A DNA stretch of 25,185 bases, from assembly GCA_014728685.1 (NCBI GenBank), contig WJLG01000049.1, positions 1 through 25,185 of the forward strand, given 5' to 3'. The position numbers and the translations under genes were made by a program. Each line of letters begins with the position of its first letter. The first letter of the stretch is position 1. The notes under the pieces were generated by a model. It made no database searches, was not told the DNA's origin, and saw nothing but the letters and a program-made list of their open reading frames with translations. The DNA is from Candidatus Falkowbacteria bacterium. Its GTDB lineage: Bacteria > Patescibacteriota > Patescibacteriia > Patescibacteriales > WJLG01. Of the stretch, positions 18,138 to 25,185 are shown one piece after another.

Positions 18138-19574
18138 ATGGAAAAAACTGTAAATATCACCAAGAACACCTCTTATCTGACTTTGGCTTTAATACTGCAA
18201 AAGCTGCTTTCTTTTACTTATTTTACGCTTTTGGCCCGCGATCTTGGCCCGGAAAATCTGGGAAAATATTATTTCGCCATTTCTTTTACGACCGTTTTTT
18301 CGATCTTCATCGATATCGGTATGATAAACTTGCTTACCAGAGAAGTGGCTAAGAGAAAAACCTCATCTTCAGAATTGCTGGGAAGCGTCCTGGCCGTAAA
18401 ATTGCCCTTGGTTATCCTAACCGCTGCCATCACCATGATCGCCACTAAGATCGGAGGCTATGATCCACTGCTTGCCAAGCTTATCTATATCTCACTTGCC
18501 TGCGTGATACTGGATTCATTCACTACGACCTTTTGGGCTGTGGCCAGAGGTTTTCATAATCTTATCTTTGAGAGCATATCCTCGGTGATCTTTATGATGA
18601 TAGTGATGAGCGCCGGCCTTTTTTTCCTTTACAACGGCTATGGACTGATATATTTAATGAGCGCCTTATTGATGGCCAGCACTTTTCATTTTTTATATTC
18701 GGCCATAGTCCTTTTAAAAAAATTCAAAGTATCCATCTTGCCGGTTTTTAATGGGGGACTGATGAAAAAGATGCTCATGACCACAATCCCTTTCGGGCTA
18801 TTTGCTGTCTTTCAAAGGCTTTATACCTATTTAGACTCAGTGCTTCTGGGCACTTTGGCCGGTAATGAATACGTAGGCTACTACCAAATATCATTCAAGA
18901 TAATCTTTGCCTTACAGTTCCTGCCAATGGCCTTTGTGGCTTCACTGTATCCGGCCATGAGCGAGTATTGGCATAGCAATCGAGAACAGCTCAAGACCAC
19001 TTTTGAAAAAGCGCTTATCTATCTGATGGTGATATCGATACCGATCAGCGCCGGCGTGATCGCTTTGGCTGATAAGATCATTCTGGTTTTCAAGGAAGGC
19101 TATGAGCCGGCGATCCTGCCTATGCAGATAATAATCTTATCTGTCTTTTTCATATTTATAAATTTCCCGATCGGCTCTCTTTTAAATGCCTGCGACCGCC
19201 AAAAGAGAAATACCGCCAATATGATCATCACCACTATTGCCAGTATCTTGCTCAATATCATATTGATCCCCAGATTCCAGGCTCTGGGCGCCAGCATCAC
19301 CGTCTTGGCGACCAATATTTTCATGAGCTCTCTGGGTATCTTCTGGGTATTTAAGATAATAAAATTCGATGTCAGAAGAGTCTTTTTGGCTTTCTTAAAG
19401 ATACTGCTGGCCGCGATCGTGATGGCTTTGCTGGTCTATTGGACCAAGGGGTATCTGAATACAATAATATCGATCCTCTTGGGAGCTTTTAGTTATTTTC
19501 TTTTTTTATTGCTATTAAAAACCATAAAAAAAGATGAGGTTAGGCATATCTGCGGTTCATTTTTAAAAAAATAA
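18138..19574 (+). CDS. Wzx-type oligosaccharide flippase (MOP superfamily)
   Basis: ARDLGPENLGKY, DIG....LTREVA, DSVLLG....EYVGYY, LYPAMS, LNIILIP...ALGA; about 14 TM. Confidence 0.9.
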   Translation: MEKTVNITKNTSYLTLALILQKLLSFTYFTLLARDLGPENLGKYYFAISFTTVFSIFIDIGMINLLTREVAKRKTSSSELLGSVLAVKLPLVILTAAITMIATKIGGYDPLLAKLIYISLACVILDSFTTTFWAVARGFHNLIFESISSVIFMMIVMSAGLFFLYNGYGLIYLMSALLMASTFHFLYSAIVLLKKFKVSILPVFNGGLMKKMLMTTIPFGLFAVFQRLYTYLDSVLLGTLAGNEYVGYYQISFKIIFALQFLPMAFVASLYPAMSEYWHSNREQLKTTFEKALIYLMVISIPISAGVIALADKIILVFKEGYEPAILPMQIIILSVFFIFINFPIGSLLNACDRQKRNTANMIITTIASILLNIILIPRFQALGASITVLATNIFMSSLGIFWVFKIIKFDVRRVFLAFLKILLAAIVMALLVYWTKGYLNTIISILLGAFSYFLFLLLLKTIKKDEVRHICGSFLKK

Positions 19575-19575
19575 T

Positions 19576-20712
19576 ATGAAAAAATACCTACTATTCACAC
19601 TTGAATTTCCTCCAATGGTCGGCGGAGTTTCCAATTATTACTATAATCTGGTCCGTTATTGGGGGATGGATAAGATCAGTGTTCTGACCGAGAAGAACCT
19701 AAAAGGTCCGGGGCAAAGATTAAAAAATGGCAATATTTTTTATCGTCGGCTTTTGTGCCCGTGCCTGCGCTATAAATGGCTGCCGGCTGTTTGGCATCTA
19801 TTTTGGGTTAAATTATTCAAACAGGTCGACCATGTAATAGTCGGGCAGATCCTGCCCTTGGGAACTGCGGCTTATCTATTGAAAAAAGTTTTCAAAAAAA
19901 TGAACTATTCCGTGATCCTTCATGGTATGGATTTTAGCTACGCCCTAAAAGATAAGAAAAAAATGGAGCTCAGCCGGAAGATACTCAATAATTCCATCAA
20001 GATAATATGTGCCAATACTTATACGGCCAAATTGGTCAAGCAATTTGATAGCCGACTGGGAGCAAAGATAAGCGTAGTTAATCCTGGGATCAGAAGCACT
20101 CGGCCCAAATACCCTGAGACGGTCAAGAAGCTTAAGGATAAATACGCTCTATGGAAAAGAACCGTAATGCTTTCGGTAGGCAGACTTGTCAAAAGGAAAG
20201 GATTTGATAAAATGATCGAAGTACTGCCCGAAAGCCTAAAAAAAGAGTTGGATCTTTATTATATAATAGTTGGAGATGGTCCGGATAAGCGCTATTTGGA
20301 AAAAAGAGCTGAAAAATTACCTAATAAGGCTCGTCGGCGCGTGATATTCACCGGAGAGGCAAGTGAAAAAGAGATCTGGGCCTGGATGGAGATCTGTGAT
20401 GTTTTAGCTATGCCTTCCCGCGATATTAATGGGGATTTTGAAGGCTTTGGCATAGTTTACCTTGAGGCTAACTTGGCCGGCAAACCGGTCATAGCCGGCG
20501 ATTCCGGCGGCGTCAGAGATGCGGTAATGGATGGGGTTAATGGGCTCTTAGTGGATCCGCAAAACAATAAAGAAATAACAAAAGCTGTTATAAAGCTATG
20601 CCGAGACAAAGAACTAAGGAAAAAATTAGGCCAAAAGGGCAAGGAGATAGCCAGAAAAAGATTTAATTGGCGCGGACAAATAAATAAATTACGCCAAATA
20701 CTAACTCATTGA
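19576..20712 (+). CDS. GT4 family glycosyltransferase (GT-B; PimB-like)
   Basis: EFPPMVGGV, SVGRLVKRKG, EGFGIVYLEA (EX7E motif), PVIAGDSGG..DAV. Confidence 0.92.
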   Translation: MKKYLLFTLEFPPMVGGVSNYYYNLVRYWGMDKISVLTEKNLKGPGQRLKNGNIFYRRLLCPCLRYKWLPAVWHLFWVKLFKQVDHVIVGQILPLGTAAYLLKKVFKKMNYSVILHGMDFSYALKDKKKMELSRKILNNSIKIICANTYTAKLVKQFDSRLGAKISVVNPGIRSTRPKYPETVKKLKDKYALWKRTVMLSVGRLVKRKGFDKMIEVLPESLKKELDLYYIIVGDGPDKRYLEKRAEKLPNKARRRVIFTGEASEKEIWAWMEICDVLAMPSRDINGDFEGFGIVYLEANLAGKPVIAGDSGGVRDAVMDGVNGLLVDPQNNKEITKAVIKLCRDKELRKKLGQKGKEIARKRFNWRGQINKLRQILTH

Positions 20713-20718
20713 AAAAAT

Positions 20719-21423
20719 ATGATCAGCATCATAATCCCGGTTTACAATCAAGCAAAGAAGCTAAAAAAATGCCTAAAAAGTATCTTATCCCAAACCTATA
20801 AAGATATCGAGGTTATTGTAGTTAATGACGGCTCGACCGACAAAAGCCAAGAAATAGCCGAAGAAATGAAGCCTAAATTCGAAGAGCTCGACATAAGCTA
20901 TAGGATCCTGAAGCATAAGAATGAAGGCGCTCCGGCCGCTCGCAACGGCGGTTTTCAGGTTGCCAAAGGCAAGTATACGCTTTTTTGCGATGCTGATGCC
21001 GTGCTAAAAGAAGACTGTTTGGAGACTATGCTTGATAATCTGGAAAGGCGCCCAGAAGCCAGCTATGTCTATTCTGCTTTTTATTGGGGTAAAAAATTAT
21101 TCAAACTATGCCCATTCTCAGCTAAAAAATTAAAGGAAATGCCGTATATACATACTATTTCATTAATAAAAACCGAACATTTTCCGATCACCGGCTGGGA
21201 TGAAGGTCTGAAAAGATTACAAGACTGGGACTTGTGGCTATCTATGCTTAAGGAAGGACATATCGGATACTGGATCGATAGGCCGCTTTTTCGCATCTGC
21301 CCCAACGGCACCATCAGTGATTGGCTACCTTCTTTTGCCTATAAGCTTCTGCCTTTCTTACCGAAAGTAAGAAAATACAACCAAGCAGTTGCTACGATAA
21401 AAGAAAAACATCATTTGAACTAA
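20719..21423 (+). CDS. GT2 family glycosyltransferase (GT-A)
   Basis: ISIIIPVYNQ, VVNDGSTD, GAPAARN.G, FCDAD, LQDWDLW. Confidence 0.92.
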   Translation: MISIIIPVYNQAKKLKKCLKSILSQTYKDIEVIVVNDGSTDKSQEIAEEMKPKFEELDISYRILKHKNEGAPAARNGGFQVAKGKYTLFCDADAVLKEDCLETMLDNLERRPEASYVYSAFYWGKKLFKLCPFSAKKLKEMPYIHTISLIKTEHFPITGWDEGLKRLQDWDLWLSMLKEGHIGYWIDRPLFRICPNGTISDWLPSFAYKLLPFLPKVRKYNQAVATIKEKHHLN

Positions 21424-22935
21424 ATGACCCAAATATCAGCTATTGGTAAAAAAATATTGAACAAAACTTCGCTTTGGCTTCTTTTAAGCTTTTTTTTGTT
21501 GGAGTTGTTTTCTTTTTTTGGATATTTACTGCCTTATCTTAATAGGGTTTTTTTTGTATTGATCTGTCTGATCATGCTTCTTTTAAGCCTTAGGAAGGTG
21601 AAATATGGGCTACTGATAATACTGGCCGAATTAGCTATTGGGTCCAAGGGTTATCTTTTTTATTTTGCTTATCAAGGGGTTGATATCTCGATCAGAATAG
21701 CCCTTTGGATGATCATCTTGGCGGTTTTTTGTCTTAAGATCCCTAAACTATTCAAAAATAAAACTTTAACTGGAGATACCGTGAAAGGCACTGCCTTGCC
21801 CTTGATAATGTCTTTGTTCATTTTTGCGTCTTGGGGGCTTTTGAACGGCTATCTGAATAGCAACCAGAGTTCTGATATCTTTTTTGATTTTAATTCCTGG
21901 CTATTTCTGCTTTTAGCGCCAGTGGTGTATTATGTTTTTTCCTTTGAAAATTTAAGCCGCCTAAGAGTACTGCAAGTCTTTTCTTTGGCCATATCCTGGC
22001 TATGCATCAAAACCCTGGCTTTGGAATATATATTCTCACATCATATCGGGCTATTGGTAAAACCGCTATACCGTTGGATCAGAGAATCCGGGGTGGGGGA
22101 GATAACCTTAATGGACGGCGGTTTTGTAAGGATATTCTTCCAATCACATATTTATGTACCGATCTTTTTCTTTCTGTCTTTGCTTGTTTTCGATCTCTTG
22201 CTTACCAGTCGAAAAACTTCTTTATTTAAAAAAGGCGATCGAACAGCCAAGCTGGCTTGGTTCATATTAGCTTTCTTGTTGGCGTTGATAGCGGTGATAT
22301 TGATAAGCTTATCGCGCAGCTTCTGGCTGGCATCAGCGATCGTGTTCCTGGCTTATGCGGCCATCAAAATAAAAAAACACGGCATCAGATCACTGCTGAA
22401 TAACTTGGCCATGCTGATCATTGCCTCGATAACAGCCATCCTCTTGATAACCTTGATAATAAAATTTCCATACCCAACGCCGGGTGAGATCGATCTGGGC
22501 GAAACTCTGAGCCAGAGAGCCTCGAGCATCAGCGGTGAAGCCGCTGCTTCATCCCGCTATCAGCTATGGCCCAAACTCTTGGAAAAAATAACGGAATCAC
22601 CGATAGCCGGGCGAGGTTTTGGGACAAAGGTCACTTATAGATCAAGCGATCCCAGGGTGCTTTCAAGTACGGCTGACGGGCTTTATACCACTTATGCCTT
22701 TGAATGGGGCTGGCTTGATATTTGGATAAAAATCGGCATATTCGGCGTTGTTTTATATCTTTTTCTTTTGGGATTCCTTATATTTAAAGGGCTTAAAGGG
22801 GACTGGTTCAAACAAGGATTGGCTTTGGCTCTGCTATTCATGGCTATTGCCAATTTCTTCACTCCTTATGCCAATCATCCTTTAGGATTCGGCTTGCTGA
22901 TGTTTGCCGCAGCCATCATTGATGCGAAAAAATAA
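21424..22935 (+). CDS. O-antigen ligase/Wzy_C-like polytopic membrane protein
   Basis: Many TM helices, SLSRSFW motif, large loop with SSR..LW and SPIAGRGFG, then IKIGIFG; located in a flippase-GT cluster. Confidence 0.8.
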   Translation: MTQISAIGKKILNKTSLWLLLSFFLLELFSFFGYLLPYLNRVFFVLICLIMLLLSLRKVKYGLLIILAELAIGSKGYLFYFAYQGVDISIRIALWMIILAVFCLKIPKLFKNKTLTGDTVKGTALPLIMSLFIFASWGLLNGYLNSNQSSDIFFDFNSWLFLLLAPVVYYVFSFENLSRLRVLQVFSLAISWLCIKTLALEYIFSHHIGLLVKPLYRWIRESGVGEITLMDGGFVRIFFQSHIYVPIFFFLSLLVFDLLLTSRKTSLFKKGDRTAKLAWFILAFLLALIAVILISLSRSFWLASAIVFLAYAAIKIKKHGIRSLLNNLAMLIIASITAILLITLIIKFPYPTPGEIDLGETLSQRASSISGEAAASSRYQLWPKLLEKITESPIAGRGFGTKVTYRSSDPRVLSSTADGLYTTYAFEWGWLDIWIKIGIFGVVLYLFLLGFLIFKGLKGDWFKQGLALALLFMAIANFFTPYANHPLGFGLLMFAAAIIDAKK

Positions 22936-22952
22936 TATTCACATTTTTACTA

Positions 22953-22981
22953 TTGCCAATGATTTTAAAATATATTATATT
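22953..22981 (+). promoter_or_regulatory. Promoter of greA
   Basis: TTGCCA (22953-22958), 17-nt spacer, TATATT (22976-22981). Confidence 0.55.
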
Positions 22982-23014
22982 TAGTACTATATAAAAATTA
23001 GTAAAAGCCAAATT

Positions 23015-23479
23015 ATGCCAGACCAAATCATTTCACAAGAGGGTTATGACAAATTAAAGGAAGAATTAGAATTTTTGAATACCGTTAAGAGAAGGGAGAT
23101 CGCCGAAAGGATCGAACGAGCTAAAGAGCTCGGGGACTTGTCAGAAAATGCTGAATATCAAGAAGCTAAAGAAGCCCAGGCCTTTAATGAGGGCCGAGTG
23201 ATAGAGCTTCAGAATATGCTAAAGAATGTCACTGTGGTCGAAGATGGTAATGGTGGCGGCAAGGTGTCTATGGGTTCAAAGATCAAAGTCTTGAACAAGG
23301 ACACTAAAAAGGAAAGGGAATTCACGATCGTAAGTTTCAACCAGGCCGATCCGGCCGATGGCAAAATATCAAATGAATCTCCTTTAGGTACGGCTTTTCT
23401 GGATAAGAAAAAAGGCGATGAGGTGATCGCGCAAACTCCCAGGGGTGAAATGGTATACAAGATACTGAAAGTCGGTTAG
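23015..23479 (+). CDS. greA: Transcription elongation factor GreA
   Basis: AKELGDLSENAEYQEAK, ISNESPLG.A.L.KKKGD. Confidence 0.96.
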   Translation: MPDQIISQEGYDKLKEELEFLNTVKRREIAERIERAKELGDLSENAEYQEAKEAQAFNEGRVIELQNMLKNVTVVEDGNGGGKVSMGSKIKVLNKDTKKEREFTIVSFNQADPADGKISNESPLGTAFLDKKKGDEVIAQTPRGEMVYKILKVG

Positions 23480-23503
23480 ATCATCAAGGTTCATATAAAT
23501 AAG

Positions 23504-23532
23504 AATGTCAGGCGTTTTGCTTGACATTTTTT
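23504..23532 (+). terminator. greA terminator
   Basis: AATGTCAGGC-GTTTT-GCTTGACATT followed by TTTT: 10-bp stem with one G-U pair. Confidence 0.7.
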
Positions 23533-23549
23533 ATTTATCGTGATAAAAA
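23521..23549 (+). promoter_or_regulatory. Promoter of the orphan ORF at 23638
   Basis: TTGACA (23521-23526), 17-nt spacer, TAAAAA with extended TG. The -10 lacks the conserved final T. Confidence 0.5.
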
Positions 23550-23637
23550 ATAAGTGGCTTTAAAAGAGCCATGTGTCTTTCTTTAAAATTCGACGCCAAT
23601 CGAATTTATCTATCAATCCTAACCAAAGGAGGCGGAT

Positions 23638-23988
23638 ATGCGTCTGATCATGGCCATATTCTGTCTGGCATTATTCTCTTTTACTCTTTTCGGTAATGAG
23701 AATAACGCCACAGGGGAGATAGAACTTGCCCCGCAAGGGGCGAGCTCAAAATATATCCCCACACCTGACGATCCGGACGTCAGGCGGCAAAAAAACAACC
23801 CATCTATCGACATCAACAAGACACTTCAAACCGCTCATTTATCACTCAAATTACCTCAAACGCCACCTGGAATCTGCCACCAACCGCTACCCGAAATTAA
23901 CCAAGATGATCAATTGTCTTGGTATTACAGCAATCGAATGCTACGAATTAGATATGGCATTCGATTACCCATCGTGAGGCTGGTATGA
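23638..23988 (+). CDS. Orphan hypothetical protein with a probable signal peptide, 116 aa
   Basis: AAAGGAGG at 23626-23633 ahead of the ATG; N-terminus MRLIMAIFCLALFSFTLFG; flanked by a promoter and a terminator. Confidence 0.6.
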   Translation: MRLIMAIFCLALFSFTLFGNENNATGEIELAPQGASSKYIPTPDDPDVRRQKNNPSIDINKTLQTAHLSLKLPQTPPGICHQPLPEINQDDQLSWYYSNRMLRIRYGIRLPIVRLV

Positions 23989-24010
23989 GCATGGAACCAA
24001 AGGCGCACTT

Positions 24011-24073
24011 GCCCGAAATATTTCTAAGATGTTACCATCTTTCAGATCTTAAAAATATTTCGGGCTTTTTTTT
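24011..24073 (+). terminator. Long-stem terminator after the orphan ORF
   Basis: GCCCGAAATATTT-C-TAAGAT pairs with ATCTTA-A-AAATATTTCGGGC, followed by T8. Confidence 0.85.
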
Positions 24074-24100
24074 GACAAAAATCCAAAAATCGCTTAAAAT
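24072..24100 (+). promoter_or_regulatory. Promoter of lysS
   Basis: TTGACA (24072-24077), 17-nt spacer, TAAAAT (24095-24100). Confidence 0.75.
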
Positions 24101-24134
24101 AAAGTAAAGTTTAAGAAAAACTGACTTTTTTTAT

Positions 24135-25185
24135 ATGTCCAAAGAAGAACAAAAAAACAATGAAAAAAGCTTGCTGAGCGAACGGGAAACCAGGATCCAA
24201 AAGCTTGGCCGACTAAAGGAACAAGGTGTGGATCCATATCCGGCTCATAGTGAAAGAACTCATAAGATATCCGAGGTGCTTTCTAATTTTGAAAAGCTTG
24301 AAAAAGACAAAAAAGAGATCATCATTGCCGGCCGTTTAATGACCAAAAGAGGGCATGGGAACCTCACTTTTGCCAACCTTAGAGATGACAGCGGACAGAT
24401 CCAAGTAGCTGCCTCCAAAAAAGACATCGGTCCGGAAAAATACAAGGCTTTTGACAAACTCATTGATATGGGAGATTTTGTGCAGATCAAGGGCATTGCC
24501 TTTGTCACTCATAAGGGTGAGAAGAGCGTGATGGCCTCTGACTGGAAGATATTATCAAAAGCTATCTTGCCTTTGCCTGAAAAATGGCACGGACTCAAAG
24601 ACGAAGAAGATAGGCTGAGGAAAAGATATTTGGACATACTTCTCAATCCTGAAGCAAGAGAAATGGTGGAGAAAAGATCTAAATTCTGGCAGGCAATGCG
24701 GGATTTTATGATCAAAAAAGGCTTCATGGAGGTCGAGACCCCGGTCTTGGAAGCAACCACCGGCGGTGCTGATGCCAGGCCGTTCATAACTCATCACAAT
24801 GCTCTTGATATGGATGTTTATTTAAGGATCTCGATGGGAGAATTGTGGCAGAAACGCTTGATAGTGGCCGGTTTTGAAAAAACATTCGAGATCGGACGCC
24901 AATTCAGGAATGAAGGTATGGATGCCGAGCACTTGCAGGATTATACCCAAATGGAATTCTATTGGGCTTATTCGGATTATGAAAAGGGCATGAAATTGGT
25001 GGAGGATCTATACAAGCACATAGCCCAAGAAACTTTTGGTACTCTTAAATTCAAGATCAAAGGCTTTGATGTTGATCTGGGTAAGAAATGGGAAAAATAT
25101 GACTATCGAGATACAGTCAAGGAATTTACAGGCGTTGATATACTTAAGACCAATGAAAAAGAAATAAAAGACAAGCTCAATGAAC
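24135..25185 (+). CDS. lysS: Lysine-tRNA ligase (class II); 3' truncated by the window edge, absent from the ORF track
   Basis: My translation gives AGRLMTKRGHG, LPLPEKWHGLKD, RKRYLD, FMEVETP, GGADARPF.THHNALD, EIGRQFRNEG. Confidence 0.95.
   Translation, partial: MSKEEQKNNEKSLLSERETRIQKLGRLKEQGVDPYPAHSERTHKISEVLSNFEKLEKDKKEIIIAGRLMTKRGHGNLTFANLRDDSGQIQVAASKKDIGPEKYKAFDKLIDMGDFVQIKGIAFVTHKGEKSVMASDWKILSKAILPLPEKWHGLKDEEDRLRKRYLDILLNPEAREMVEKRSKFWQAMRDFMIKKGFMEVETPVLEATTGGADARPFITHHNALDMDVYLRISMGELWQKRLIVAGFEKTFEIGRQFRNEGMDAEHLQDYTQMEFYWAYSDYEKGMKLVEDLYKHIAQETFGTLKFKIKGFDVDLGKKWEKYDYRDTVKEFTGVDILKTNEKEIKDKLNE

Noticed and set aside
23985-24107. 40-codon ORF coupled by ATGA to the orphan stop
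   Set aside because: It runs through the terminator and the lysS promoter and has no protein-like features.
24820-24970. LysS motif variants RISMGELWQKRL and HLQDYTQMEF
   Set aside because: Core class II motifs are intact; most likely a clade signature rather than a functional change.

Overview
A ~25 kb housekeeping region, roughly 40% GC by eye, read in standard code 11. The gene style suggests Patescibacteria/CPR (Parcubacteria-like); this is an inference from the SD-less AT-rich starts, PGK GGGET, PrmC NLPY and LysS RISMGELW. In order: partial WecA/MraY-family GT; VanZ-QueH fusion; a tight 7-gene operon (acidic hypothetical, membrane protein, triad-less HtrA/PDZ, pgk, eno, gpmI with a Lys-rich leader, and a domain-deleted gpmI paralogue); DUF212 and gyrB on the minus strand; hypothetical-rodA-rplY-DUF3048; prmC-prfA-rpmE on the minus strand; a flippase-GT4-GT2-O-antigen-ligase cluster; greA; an orphan secreted ORF; partial lysS. 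No CRISPR, tRNA, rRNA or transposase was seen. The most interesting signals missing from the ORF track are (1) a candidate ~210-nt structured RNA with its own promoter and terminator, antisense between prfA and prmC, and (2) a 31-aa hydrophobic peptide gene with its own promoter, strong SD and terminator. Two pseudoenzymes sit in the glycolytic operon. All homology calls come from motif recognition; no searches were run.
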